A stretch of 63,583 nucleotides of DNA, filler included, from Octopus bimaculoides (Eukaryota): NCBI RefSeq assembly GCF_001194135.2. It is 7 parts of 7 records of this genome, joined end to end, with 100 filler letters (N's around TTAATTAATTAA, not from the genome) between each part and the next. Parts side by side here need not be neighbours in the genome. Positions count along the whole stretch, not along the records: positions 1 to 14,258 come from NW_026312090.1; 6 more parts are not named here. The stretch is one strand, 5' to 3'. Shown here piece by piece: positions 1-12,994 of this stretch. Every line of letters begins with the position of its first letter. Within the stretch, counting starts at the first letter, position 1. The position numbers were made by a program, and so were the translations under genes. A model generated the notes under the pieces. The model had not been told where the DNA came from, did no database searches, and saw nothing but the letters and a program-made list of their open reading frames with translations.

Positions 1-329
1 AGTCAAATGACTGAAAGAAATAGAAGAGTAAAATAATTCGTCATAAAACCATTTTTTCCGAGAAAAAATATTTCCACAAAATAGTCCTGAAATTTGCTAG
101 AAATAGCAGCCAGAGTTTTACAGCAAAGTGTGTCACGTTGAAGGACACTCTAGGATGATTCAGTAAGAAATTAGGATGGCACGGGACGATCACGGTTGAA
201 ATCAATGGTTGGGCTATTTGCTAGAAATAGCAGTTAAATTTTCTACACTTAGGCCTACTACATTGAAGGACACTTTAGCTGACTCAGTTAGAAATAGAGA
301 TACCCATATAGAAATACACAGGGTGGTCA

Positions 330-453
330 CGGATGGTTCCGGGTTCAGTCCCACTGCGTGGCACCTTGGGCAAGTGTCTTCTACTATAGCCTCGGACCGA
401 CTAAAGCCTTGCGAGTAGATTTGGTAGACGGAAACTGAAAGAAGCCCGTCGTA

Positions 454-490
<37 letters not shown>

Positions 491-712
491 GTGTGTGTGT
501 GTGTNNNNNNNNNNTGTGTTTGTCCCCCTAGCATTGCTTGACAATCGATGCTGGTGTGTTTACGTCCCCGTAACTTAGCGGTTCGGCAAAATAGACCGAT
601 AGAATAAGTACTAGGCTTACAAAGAATAAGTCCTGGGGTCGATTTGCTCGACTAAAGGCGGTGCTACAGCATGGCCGCAGTCAAATGATTGAAACAAACA
701 AGTAAAAGAGAT
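330..712 (+). mobile_element. SINE family A. Other copies: ~8815-9110(-), 22190-22480(-), 35165-35530(+), 38505-38905(+), 42670-42830(+), 44640-45005(-), 46430-46790(-), 50712-51070(+), 56535-56748(-)
   Basis: Repeated core ggttcagtcccactgcgtggcaccttgggcaagtgtcttctactatagcc, an internal (TA)n(TG)n tract, and tail cagcatggccgcagtcaaatgactgaaac. Confidence 0.85.
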
Positions 713-1697
713 ATATGTCTGTCAGTTTAACTTAAAACTTTTCTGGAAGACTATATTGTTGCGGGTCCTTTGAAATTTGCTAGAAACAGCAGCTACGATA
801 TTTACTGCTGAGTCTACAATATTGAAGGACACTGGGTGATTCACTAAAAACAGCTGGCAGAAGCGTTAGCATGCTGTACGAAATGCTTAGTGGTATTTCT
901 GAGTTCAAATTCTACTGAGGTCGACTTTGCCTTTCATCCTTTCAGGGTCGATAAATTAAATTCCAGTGATACACTGATGTCGATGTCATTGACTAGTCCC
1001 CTCCACACCCAAATTTCAGGCCTTGTGCCTATAATAGAAAGGATTATTACTATTATTATTATGCATGTTGGACGAAATGCCTAGTGGTATTTCACTCGCT
1101 ACTGCGTTCTGAGGCCAACTTTACCTTCCATTCTTTCAGGGGGTCGATAAATTAAATACCAGTTGTATAATGGTGTCGATGTCATCGACTCATCCCCACC
1201 ACGAAAGAAAAGCAGCTGCCCTTGTGGTAAACTCTGAAACCATTTATTATCATCCATCAGAATTCGTTAGTGAAAAAACAACCGCTGAAGATAATTGCTT
1301 AATTATTAATTAAGATTGTTATAATAGAATTTTATTGGTTTAAAATGTACATCAATGTCACGCTGTTCACTCAAGTCATCTTTAATTTTATAATCACAAT
1401 TAATGTTCGTTAAATGGTTCTCATATGGTTTTTAAAAACTTTTCAGTCACATATGTGTGCGTGTATGTATGTGTGCATATGTGTGCGTGTGTGTGTGTAT
1501 GTGCGTAAATATATGTGTGTATGGGAGCACAGAGGTGAAATCATGGCTATGTCGTTAGGAAGCTAGCTTTGAAATGATGAGCTTTGGGGTTCAGTCTCAC
1601 GGCTGGGCATTTTGGGCAAGTGTCTTTTACTATGGTTCCAGACTGACCAATGCCTTATGTGTGAATTCGATAGATAGAAACTGTGTGAAACCCACAT

Positions 1698-1733
<36 letters not shown>

Positions 1734-1756
1734 CTCACACACACATATATATATAT

Positions 1757-1801
<45 letters not shown>

Positions 1802-1840
1802 TATATATATATACATACACACACATATATATATATACAT

Positions 1841-1875
<35 letters not shown>

Positions 1876-1964
1876 AGAGAACATTATCATTCCCAATAAT
1901 ATAGTGAGTGGCTGTAGACGTATAAGCCATTTGGCAAAGTTAATAATTGTATATAAGACATATA

Positions 1965-2336
1965 CAGTGATACCTCACAGTACGAGTTTAATTCGTCCCA
2001 TGACCAAGTTTGTTTTACGATTTACTCGTTTTACAAATCAATTTTCCCCAATGAAATTAATTAAAATATAATTAGTCCATTGCAGTCCCGCAAAAACCAC
2101 TCAAAAATAATTTATAATGCGTTTTAAAACAGTAAAAGGGGGAGTTACAATTAAAATGATAATTATAAAAACAGAGAATGCAAAAGAAATATGAAAACTG
2201 GTTTTATTAACTGAATTACTTTAAAGATGGGACGATTTGTGAGTTCGTACTGCGGATTTCTGCTCGTACTCTGAGACAGAAATTTGCATGAGTCTCAGCT
2301 CGTACAATGGGACACTCGTTCTGTGAGGTTCTACTG
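1965..2336. mobile_element. Tigger/Pogo-type MITE
   Basis: TIRs cagtgatacctcacagtacgag / ctcgttctgtgaggttctactg, with TA on the left. Confidence 0.65.
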
Positions 2337-4544
2337 CATACTTATGTATCGAAGGGTATTACAAAAGCACCTACTTTGACAAAAATAGAAGTCAAAATAC
2401 TTCTAAACCACCAAAGGTTAGAAGTGTTTTTAGTGAAAGAGGTACTTATATAGTACCCCACTATATATATATATAAATATTTATATTAATTTCTGGTAGA
2501 GATACTGTATTTCGTTATGCAACCATGATATATAACGAAGTATATTAAAAACTTATAAGAAATCAACACTGTGTCCTCCCTGTGTTAGCAATGCAATTCA
2601 CTCACTTTTTAAAGTTATTTCTACAGAAGTTTTCTATAGAAACTAGAGCCAGCACTGAATGTTACAATGTTTCATATATGAGTACGTCTATGTAAAACAA
2701 AGCAATCAAAGATAGAAAAACAGAACAATACACAGGAATGTAGGTACCTATATTTCTATTTTTGATCGCATTGTTTACCGAGATGTATTTGTCTGGGAAA
2801 TGTCATAGCTTTCAGCGTAGGCCCTAGATTCTCTAGAAAATTGGTAGTGATAACGTTAAAAAGTCATATAGATCTATGCTTACATTAAGGAAAACATCAT
2901 AATATCTTAACAATTGTTCAAGCCGAGGAATGGCTTTCATCTCCATTTTGGATGAAAACAACATGTTTTTTCCCCTGGCCCAAATCCAAACTCAAGTGAG
3001 ATAATCGCTCCAAGAGTAATGCCCCTTATTTTCTTAATGGGCCATTTTGTGAACTCCTGAGACATTTCATGAGACGTCTTGTGCTTTTTTTAATTCAAAA
3101 TGGAGAGGAACACCATTCCTCCATGTGATCAGGATGAAAAATTGTTAAGATATTAAAATATGTTTCTGAACATGAAACCAATGGTAGCCTTAATACACAA
3201 ATAAGGAAACTTTATCCACCAATGCAGTGTTGAGCGCTTTGACATTTATGAATATACGTGTGTGTGTGTGTGCGTGTGTGTGCATTTATACTACACACAT
3301 ACCTGTAATTACTCAGTGTAAATTTTTTTGTGTCAGTTATTGTCCTGTAATAACAATTCCTGGAATTCAGTGTCCTTGAATAAGTTTTAACAAATCACCA
3401 TCATCATAATTATTATTAATTAATTAATTAAATAAACACTGGAATGGTAGACTATGAAACATGGTGTAATATCAAACAAAATGTTTTTATTATTTAAAAA
3501 AAAATTAAAAAAATAATTAAACTGTTCTGTGCCACAGTTGGCACATGAGGAGTCTGTCCACACGCACCTTAGTGTCTCTCTGATAAGTGTTCATTTGGAC
3601 GGTTTCGGGTCGTGTGCCAGATGCGAAGTGTCACTTCGTGCCCCATCGCTCATTCTTCCTCCACTGTTATCATTAGAAACCAAAAAAAAAACAACAACAA
3701 AAAAATCCATCCAGTCCCCAGCTTATAACTGGTACGGTGTCCATCTTCTTTGGAAGAATAAATAGTAAAAATTCACGGCTGTCCTCAGGATTGAACTCAA
3801 AACGGAGACAACTACAATAATCACACCAAGACGCTTATGTCCGATGCTCCATTGATTTTGCTCACAGGTCACCTATAAATGGACAGAATACCTTCAGGTA
3901 GTTAATCACATCTTCACATTACTAGGTTCTGTGTTCAAATCACACCAAGGTTGATTAAAATTTTTCTTTTTTTTTCTAATTTTCTAATATTTGGCTTTTG
4001 GCAAGTCCGTTTGTAGTCTCTGCTTCGTTAAGGATTTCGATAATAATTTAATAATTACTGTATCATTCGTTTTCTGGCCAGCAGATTCTTAATTTTGTTT
4101 CTGTTTTACATAAGTATGTCCAAGTGTGAGAGTATTAGCAATTAATGATTAATTAAGGACTAGTTATTAATTAATTAATTAAATAAATAAATAAATAATT
4201 AATTAACTAATACAGAGTTTTGTTATTACAACATCTCATTAAGCTTGCTATTTCTTTTCTAAACATCCAAGTTCAATTCCTGCCAGGATACACTTCAGTT
4301 ACTTGTGTATGTATTTCTGTGTATATGTGTGCGTGTGTATGTATGCGTGTCTGCATGTGCTTGTGTATGTATGTGTGTGTGTTTGGGTATGTATGTGTAT
4401 GTGTGACTATGCATGTATATGTGTATATATGTGTGGGTATGTGTATATGTATATACATGTGTGTGGGTATGTATGTATGTAAATGTGTGTGTGTGTGTGT
4501 GTGTGTGTGTACATATGCATGCGTCTGTGTTCGTATATGTGTTA

Positions 4545-5020
4545 ATCTTTTAATTAATCCAGCTCCTCGTTATCACAAACATCTAACTTCATCATTCATA
4601 TCCTCGTTAAAGCATTACTCATTACCAGAGCCATAATTTTTGTTAATATCTGTCTTCTTACCAAACAATTTCTGTTAATTTAGCAAAACGTACTCTATGC
4701 ATTAATTAATTTAGTTTCTCGTTATCACAAACTTTTGCCTAAGTTCATTATTCATATCCTCGTGAAGATAGCACCCATTATTAAAGCCACAATCTACATT
4801 AATATCAGTGGTTCTTGTTCAAACATTTATGTTAATTTCATAAAGTATAATATATGCATTAATTAATTTAGTTTCTTGTCACAAGTTTTTTTCCTAAGTT
4901 CGTTATTCATATCCTCGTTGAGATAAAACTCATTATTGAAGCCACAAGTCTACATTAATATTAACAGTTTTTGTCCAACAATTTCTATTAATTTGACAAA
5001 ATATAACTATATAAAGTTAT
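4545..5020. repeat. Degenerate ~158-bp tandem repeat, 3 copies
   Basis: Units begin ttaattaat(c/t)..., contain ttcatatcctcgt, and start near 4545, 4701 and 4859. Confidence 0.75.
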
Positions 5021-5465
5021 ATAACTTTATATAGTTATCATTTCTGTATTTTCCTTGCATGTTCATGTATGTGTATGTGTGTGGTGGTGGTGGTGGCGAG
5101 GGGGGGGGGAGGTTGTAAATTAATTAATCACCACAGCTTCTTGTAACTCCAATTGACAAAATCTGATGCATATATTAATTTACTTTCTCATTATTACAAT
5201 TTCCAACTCCATTAGTAGTCGTCTCTGTGTTCAGGTGTTAGCTTGTTTAAAACCACAACCTTTAATTAACACTGGTCTTTGTCTGGTCAGTTGATTCCAG
5301 CAGTCTGTTTTTCCATGAGTGTGTCCATATGAGTCTTAATTCTTCATAATTACTAAGTCCATTATTTGTCTTCTAACTAAAACCATATCGTTTGTCAGTT
5401 CCATTCTTCTTTCACCTGGCTAATTATGGACGTGTGTTCTTGCATGCATTACTAAATTCAGATTC

Positions 5466-6430
5466 TTGTTATCACAATTATCAATAACTTTATCCATTTC
5501 TTCATTAAGATTTTATTTCTTGTTCCATCCACAACCTTTACTGGTCATTTCCTGGTTGGCCAAATCTTGTGGGTTTTTTTTTTTAGACATTTGCACATAT
5601 TCATGTATCCTCAACTTGTTAATGTACTTTTTGGTTAAATTCATTATTTGTATGCTCATTAAGGTTTTGTTAATTTACCAAAGCTGTAATCATTGTCAAT
5701 ACTGTTGAATATCTAACTGGCTGTGTCAGGTCTTAGTTCGTGTGTCTATGACTACTTCAAAGGATTTGGTTAATCTTGTTTTTGATTCCACCTTAATGTG
5801 ATCGCAAAACGTTTGTAAAAGATTTCCAATTGTTCTTGCTATTACAATTATCAACAACTTCTTTAAGATTTTACTCCAGCCACAACCTTCGCTGGTCACC
5901 TCCCAGCTGGCCAAGTCTCCTGTATTTTTATATGTGTGCGTATATCAGCAACTGTAGTAATTTCAATATATATACACTCATTAAGGCCTTGCTAATTACT
6001 AAAACTGTGATCATTGTCAGTATTATTGGTTATCTGACAGACTGAGTCAATCCTTAGTTTAGGTGTTTGCGACTGCTTCAATGGTTAAACTTGCTGTTCA
6101 TTTATTCCACATTAGTGTGATTGCTGGTCTGGTAGATTTTTGTATATAACTAATCTTTCACAATTATTAATAACTTTATCCATTTCTTCATTTAGATTTT
6201 GATTATTATTCTAGCCATAATCTTTGGTAGTCCATCTCCTGGCTGGCCAAGCTTTATGCTTGTATCGACAACTTATAATTTTTTGGTAAATCCATTATCT
6301 GTATGCTCGTTAAGGCTATGTTAATTATCAAAGCTGTGAGCATTGTCGGTATTACTGCTTACTGACTGGTTAATTTAATTCTTAATTTTGGATGCTTGTG
6401 ACTGCTTCAGTGTTTGGTTAAACCTGCTGT
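5466..6430. repeat. Degenerate ~320-370-bp tandem repeat, 3 copies
   Basis: caattat(c/t)aa(t/c)aactt...agatttt...ctggccaa recurs near 5475, 5842 and 6158. Confidence 0.7.
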
Positions 6431-7873
6431 TCTTTTATTCCACATTAATGTGATTGCAACAACTGTTCTGGTTGATTTTCCTATATTTCTGGACCTCCTG
6501 GTTTTTACTCTGTGAATGCATAGACATGCGTGTTGGTGTTCGTTAAAATTATGACTTAATTAATACAGGTTTTTGTTGCAATTCATGGTTAAGTTCGTTG
6601 TTCCTTTTCTTGTTCTTTTGTTAAACTATGGTCATTCATCAGCGTGTGTGTATGTTGTTAATTAATAAATTAGTCCATTTTACTGTTGCAATTTTGGGTA
6701 AATCCATTATTTGGTTCCTTGTGTTTTTTTTTTTTTTTCACCAGGGTCATTGCTCAGTGTGTGTTTGTGCGTATGTGCACTTGGATTAAATTGGTCCTGC
6801 ATTTGTTAACACAAATTTTGGTTAAACTCGTTATCTCTCCTCATTAATCAGAGTTAAACCATTCTCTTTATTGTCTGGCCAGCCAGTCAAACAATTCTTT
6901 TGCATAAACATTAATTAAATAAATTTAAAATCAATTAGCAATAACTCAACTTCTCATCGTTAATTTGGGACAAATTAATTATCCTTCTCGTTAACATGGC
7001 AGCGAATAATAGTTATCATTTCTGTATTTTCCTTGTATGTGTATGTGTGTGGTGGTGGTGGTGGTGGCGGCGAGGGGGGGGGTGTAAATTAATTAATCAC
7101 CACAGCTTCTTGTAACTCCAATTTTTAGGTAAAGTTCATTATTCATCTCGTTAAGGTAACACGTTTCATCACAACCACTGCTACAGGTATAGTTGTTGCT
7201 GTTGCTGTTGTGGTCTGCAAATTCTTCATGAGAAGGTGTATGTATGTATTAACTATGTAATTAACCACCTAATTATTCCGGCTACTGGTTATATTAATTT
7301 TGGGCAAAGTTCGTTATCCATCTCTTCGTTAAGGTATCAGACATCATCACAACAACTGTTACTATTTCTGTTGTTGTAGCAGCTGTTATTGGTGGTGGTA
7401 GCCAAAGTGTTGTCTTTGTTTTCTGACCGGCCAGTTCTTAACGATTGTGTGTGTTTTAATTAGTTATCTATTTAATTAATCCAGCTACTGGTTATGCTAA
7501 TTTTGTGGGGTAAAACTCGTCACCGATCTCGTTTCATCGCGGCAACTGGCAGACATCATTGTTTTGCTTGTTGCTGCCTTCTGGTCGGTCGGTCGGTCAA
7601 CTACGTGTGCATGCATGTTCGTATATATATGTGTGTGTATGTGAGTGTGTGTGTGTGTGTGTGTGTGTATGATTTAATTAATCATTGCAACTGTCCAGCT
7701 TCTTGAAATCTCAAGTTTGGGCGGTGGAGGTGAAAACTCGTTAGTTTGATCTCGTTATGATGGTCTTCATTATCTTTGGTCGTTTATTTCATTTTGGCCC
7801 GGCCCAATCTTGCTGTATGTCTTAATTAACAGAATGATCAAAATTAATTAATTGATTAATTAATCATTATTAA

Positions 7874-8734
7874 TTAATTAATCAGTTCAGCTTGTTGTTG
7901 TTGGTGTTGCGTTCTTTGATTAAGTTCGTTAATTTTCTCGTCATTATCTTGGCTGCTGCTGCTGTTATTGTCGTCGCTGTCATTGTGGTCCTGTGTTGGT
8001 TGTTGTTGTGGTTGCTGTTGTTGTGTTGGGTATTTGGTCTGGGTGAGAACCAGGAGTTCTTCAGCTTGGCTGTCGACCACGGACAACGAGATGAGGAGCT
8101 GCGCCGCATAATACGTAGTCATGATTAGCGTGTGAGCGTATGGCACAGGGTGGCGGAATTTATCAATGGCAATCGTGAAATCGGAGATGATGAAGAGGAT
8201 TGCCCCGGCGCAGCTGCAAAGCTTCGTCCACGTCCAGAGGTCGTCGAAAAACTGGACGCGTGCCACGGCCCTCCAGGCCATCGTGCAGATGAGCACGCCG
8301 TAGACGATGACCATGTAGTAGAGGATGCCACTGTTGGCGTCCAGCCCGGCGACCACGTAGGAGGACGAGATGGCGCAGAACACGGCAAGGACGGTCGCAG
8401 CGTACGGGTTGAACGGGCGCCACCCGAAGGCCCGCGCGTAGGCCGCCTGCGCGATGGCGAACATCACCATGCCGTGGATGAAGTAGGTCTGTTTCCACAC
8501 GAGGAACGCGTCGCCCAGGCAACTGAAGATGAGCCCGATGAGGATCCGGCGCGAATAGCGATAATAAATACTGAAACTCATTCCGTGCAGAAGGACGAAG
8601 AGCATGAGGGAGACGATGGGGAGGCATTTGAAGATGCAGCAGAAGATGCTGGGTGGGTTTTTGTCTTGGAACAACACAAAGTATAGAGCTACAGTCTTGA
8701 AGAATGGCACCAATTTCGGTCCAACACTTTTCAA
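7874..8734 (-). CDS. TMEM86A: Lysoplasmalogenase-like (YhhN/TMEM86 family) main coding exon; short first coding exon not located
   Basis: Translation LKSVGPKLVPFFKTVALYF...KCLPI...GLIFSCLGDAFLVW...GAILFIISDFTIAIDKF..PVPY...LIMTTYYAAQLLISLS closely matches TMEM86A. The ORF-track 'M' is the TTG of a splice acceptor (ttttctctctcttgttttgcag|TTG AAA AGT), so the exon starts at 8734 in phase 0. Stop TAA at 7874-7876. Confidence 0.95.
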   Translation of the reverse strand: MKSVGPKLVPFFKTVALYFVLFQDKNPPSIFCCIFKCLPIVSLMLFVLLHGMSFSIYYRYSRRILIGLIFSCLGDAFLVWKQTYFIHGMVMFAIAQAAYARAFGWRPFNPYAATVLAVFCAISSSYVVAGLDANSGILYYMVIVYGVLICTMAWRAVARVQFFDDLWTWTKLCSCAGAILFIISDFTIAIDKFRHPVPYAHTLIMTTYYAAQLLISLSVVDSQAEELLVLTQTKYPTQQQQPQQQPTQDHNDSDDNNSSSSQDNDEKINELNQRTQHQQQQAELIN

Positions 8735-9415
8735 CTGCAAAACAAGAGAGAGAAAAACAAAAAGGGGATAATTAGAAGAGACGAAGAAAGGGGTTAATAT
8801 TCTTTTTTTTTATTTTTTTACTTGTTTCAGTCATTTGACTGCGGCCATGCTGGAGCAACACTTTGACCCTGGGACTTATTTTCTTTAGCCTAGTGCTTAT
8901 TCCACCGGTCGATCTTTTGCCGAACCGCTAAGTTACAGGGACGTAAACACACTGATATCAGTTGTCAAGCTGTGATGGAGTGACAAACACAGACACAGAC
9001 ATATACATACACACACAGATACACACACACACATATACGTACAGATACACACGCACACACACATATATACAACAGGCTTCTTTCAGTTTCTACAAGGCTT
9101 TGGTTGGCCAATGGCTTAGACCACATTATCGAATGTATAGTATAGGAGTTACTATTAGTGGCTATAATCGTTGTTGTTTAGCCCCAGGTCAGTGGTGGTC
9201 CAGGTACACCAATGGTCAAAGACGTTCCAGTGGAGTAGGGTATGGTTTGAGGGAGATTTGGCTGCTGTTTCTAGCAGGGTGGACACCGGCGCCGAGTTCC
9301 CGAAATGGGACGATGGATTTGTTGAGAGGGACGAATGGAATTTTGTTGTCGAAAAACGGAAATACAGGAGGGAAGGGTGGGTGACGGGCTAGAGAGAGGG
9401 AGGGAGAGAGAGAGA

Positions 9416-9477
<62 letters not shown>

Positions 9478-9855
9478 AAAACGAAGTGAAAAGAGAGAGA
9501 AAGAAAGAAAGAAAGGAAGAAATTGAGAGAAAGAAAAGGAGAAGGAAGAGAAAGAGAGAAGGAAATTGAATGAGAGAGAGAGACAAAGAAAAAAGAAAAA
9601 TTGATAGAGAGAAAAAGAGAGGTGGAAATTGAAAGAGAGAGAGAGAGAGAGAAGTAAAAGAGGAAGAGATTGAGAGAGAGGGAGGAGGAAGGGAAGTAGA
9701 ATATTAAAGATGGGAGAAGGGGAGAGATGCAGACGATATATTAGGAGTGGTGGGTGACGGAGAGGGCGGAGTTTAATGTAGGTGAGTCACGTGGTTGGTT
9801 AACAAGTCACGAGGGTTGATTGGAGAGAAAGAGTGAGACAGAGAGATGTAGTGAT

Positions 9856-9888
<33 letters not shown>

Positions 9889-10937
9889 TGTAACAATAGA
9901 AAGGGAGTGTGAAAGCGAGAGAGAGAGAGAGAGAGAGAGAGAGCAGCGAGGGCAGAAACTGTGACAGCCAAAGCAAGTTATTTACACAATGGAGAATGGA
10001 CATGCTAAAAATAGCAGCCAAAATACCACAAATTAAAAAAAATGGATAATGGTGTCCAAGATATACAAGACGGGATGGTCACGGCTGGAATGCTTCTGAT
10101 GATAGGTTTTTGTCCGCTTGATCAGAACTGACCTGGGATCAACAACAATGGCAACGTCTTAGGTGGTAGTTCGATCTGCTAGAAATAGCAGCTAAATCGT
10201 CCTCGAATCACAGCAAGATACATTAGATAGTGTAGTCCAAGGTGGTGATTTCCTCCACAGAATCGACATAACTGCATTCCTCATCATCATCACCTTTTAA
10301 CGTCCACCTTCCATGCTGGCATGGGTTGGACGGTTTGACTGAGGACTGGTGAAACCAGATGGCCACACCAGGCTCCAATGTGATCTACAGCTGGATGCTC
10401 TTCCTGACGCCAACCACTCCACGAGTGTAGTGGGTGCTTTTTATGTACCACAGGGGTCAGTCAGGCGGCACTGGCAACGAGGAATGAGACCCATGAGGTG
10501 GGGTGGCCACAACAGGGAGTGTCCCTAGCCAGTCTCCAAGGCAATGCCTTTGCAATCATGTCCACGAGGTGCGGCTAAACACGCCATTTGTTCTGGGGTG
10601 TACAACCCCCTTTATTTTTGGGCCCTTTTCTCCATCTTTTGCTGCTTAATTCTACTTTCCCCTTTTTCTTTGGTTTCCTTGTTGAGGCAATTTTCTTTTA
10701 CTTGTTCCAGTCATTAGACAGCGACCATGCTGGGGCACCACCATGTTCCAGTCATTAAACTGCGACCATGCTGGGGCACCACCTTGAAGAGCCTTTAGGC
10801 AAATGAATCAATCCCAGTATTCGTCCCTTTTTTTTTTATAAGCCTGGTATTCATTCTATTGGTCTCTTTTTGCCGAACCATTAGCTTATGGGGACAAAAA
10901 CAAACCAACACCGGTTGTCAAACAACACACACACATA

Positions 10938-11305
10938 TGTTGTTGTTGGGACTCCGTCGCTTAACGACGTCGAGGGTTCCAGTTGATCCGATCAACGGAA
11001 CAGCCTGCTCGTGAACCTAACGTGCAAGTGGCTGAGCACTCCACAGACACGTGTACCCTTAACGTAGTTCTCGGGGATATTCAGCGTGACACAGAGTGTG
11101 ACAAGGCCGACCCTTTGAATTACAGGCGCAACAGAAACAGGAAGTAAGAGCGAGAGAAAGTTGTGGTGGAAGAGTACAGCAGGGTTCGCCACCATCCCCT
11201 GCCGGAGCCTCGTGGGGCTTTAGGTGTCCGGTCTGGGACTCGAAATCGCAATGCTATGACCGCGAGTCCGCTGCCCTAACCACTGGGCCATTGCGCCTCC
11301 ACGTT
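10938..11305 (-). mobile_element. tRNA-Arg-derived SINE (octopus OR-type), CpG-rich and apparently young
   Basis: Head GGAGGCGCAATGGCCCAGTGGTTAGGGCAGCGGACTCGCGG with A/B-box-like motifs, a unique body and an (AAC)n tail. Confidence 0.7.
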
Positions 11306-11828
11306 GGCAAGGTACTCGGTAAGAAAGGGAAACAAAATTGAAAGAAGAAACTACACACATATACGTATGCACACACGCATATAAGTACGCACACGCACAC
11401 ACACATATACACTCACACACGTATATATACATACAAGCACATACAAACACACACACACACGCACCCACATCCCCAAAACACAGTCACATGGTTACCTCCC
11501 CCCCCCCACCATCTCTAAACACTTATGTAATATCGAGGACAACTGACACCCCTTCCTCCACACTTATCTGTGTCTGCGAGTGTCTATGTGTGAAGTGTGT
11601 GTCTGTGTGTCACACGTACGTGTGAATTCATTTATCTCTCTATCCACTCGTCCATTCTGTCTTGTCTTGTCTATTCGTTCTTGCTTCTTTCTCTCTATCT
11701 GTTTTCCTCAGCCATCCCCTTGCCCCACCACCTTCTGTCTATTCATCTCTACAAATTCTTCCGTTTCCTCCATCTACCCGTATTTGACTGTCTCTATGTT
11801 CGTCTATCTATCTACCCATCTATCTATC

Positions 11829-11863
<35 letters not shown>

Positions 11864-11907
11864 CATTTATCTATCTATCCATCCATATATGTATGTATAT
11901 ATGCATG

Positions 11908-11955
<48 letters not shown>

Positions 11956-12954
11956 AACAATATATGAGTATATGCATATATATGTACATAAGAGAGACGA
12001 TTGCGCTGGTATGGACATGTGGTNNNNNNNNNNNNNNNNNNNNNNNNNNNNNNNNNNNNNNNNNNNNNNNNNNNNNNNNNNNNNNNNNNNNNNNNNNNNN
12101 NNNNNNNNNNNNNNNNNNNNNNNNNNNNNNNNNNNNNNNNNNNNNNNNNNNNNNNNNNNNNNNNNNNNNNNNNNNNNNNNNNNNNNNNNNNNNNNNNNNN
12201 NNNNNNNNNNNNNNNNNNNNNNNNNNNNNNNNNNNNNNNNNNNNNNNNNNNNNNNNNNNNNNNNNNNNNNNNNNNNNNNNNNNNNNNNNNNNNNNNNNNN
12301 NNNNNNNNNNNNNNNNNNNNNNNNNNNNNNNNNNNNNNNNNNNNNNNNNNNNNNNNNNNNNNNNNNNNNNNNNNNNNNNNNNNNNNNNNNNNNNNNNNNN
12401 NNNNNNNNNNNNNNNNNNNNNNNNNNNNNNNNNNNNNNNNNNNNNNNNNNNNNNNNNNNNNNNNNNNNNNNNNNNNNNNNNNNNNNNNNNNNNNNNNNNN
12501 NNNNNNNNNNNNNNNNNNNNNNNNAGACACCATTTCGAGCGTGGCCGTTTTCGTGCGGGTGACACGTAAAAGCACCCACTACACTCTCTGAGTGGTTGGC
12601 GTTAGGAAGGGCATCCAGCTGTAGAAACTCTGCCAAATCAGACTGGAGCCTGGTGTTGCCATCCGGTTTCACCAGTCCTCAGTCAAATCGTCCAACCCAT
12701 GCTAGCATGGAAAGCGGACGTTAAACGATGATGATGATGATGATGATATGTACATACCTTCATCTACATGTACATATAGATACATAACTGGGTACATGAC
12801 ATGGCAAAAGAACATGGACAAAATGATAAACAAGGTACAACAAACAAGCAAGCCACCTAGAAACATCTCCTTCATCAACTGCCACCATGTATACATGCAT
12901 GCATATATAAATACATATACATGTATGTACATATATGTATGTGTATATGCATGC

Positions 12955-12994
<40 letters not shown>

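Noticed and set aside
1563-1930. Many 60-400-aa ORFs made of YI/CV/HT/LS/ER repeats or X runs across the window
   Set aside because: Translations of (TA)n, (TG)n, (GA)n and (TACA)n microsatellites or N gaps.
3590-3663. Minus-strand acceptor followed by GGRMSDGARSDTSHLAHDPKPSK* as an alternative last exon
   Set aside because: No compatible upstream donor identified and no homology recognised.
8125-8686. Overlapping and antisense ORFs (184, 154 and 87 aa) over TMEM86
   Set aside because: Expected shadows of a GC3-rich coding exon; no recognisable protein features.
9986-10003. ATG TCC ATT CTC CAT TGT|gtaaat as TMEM86 exon 1 (phase 0)
   Set aside because: No similarity to the expected M.SP..V start, and it abuts a common dispersed repeat (gctagaaatagcagcc family).
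11232-11305. tRNA-Arg-like sequence
   Set aside because: Continues into a SINE body and tail; it is a SINE head without a complete cloverleaf.
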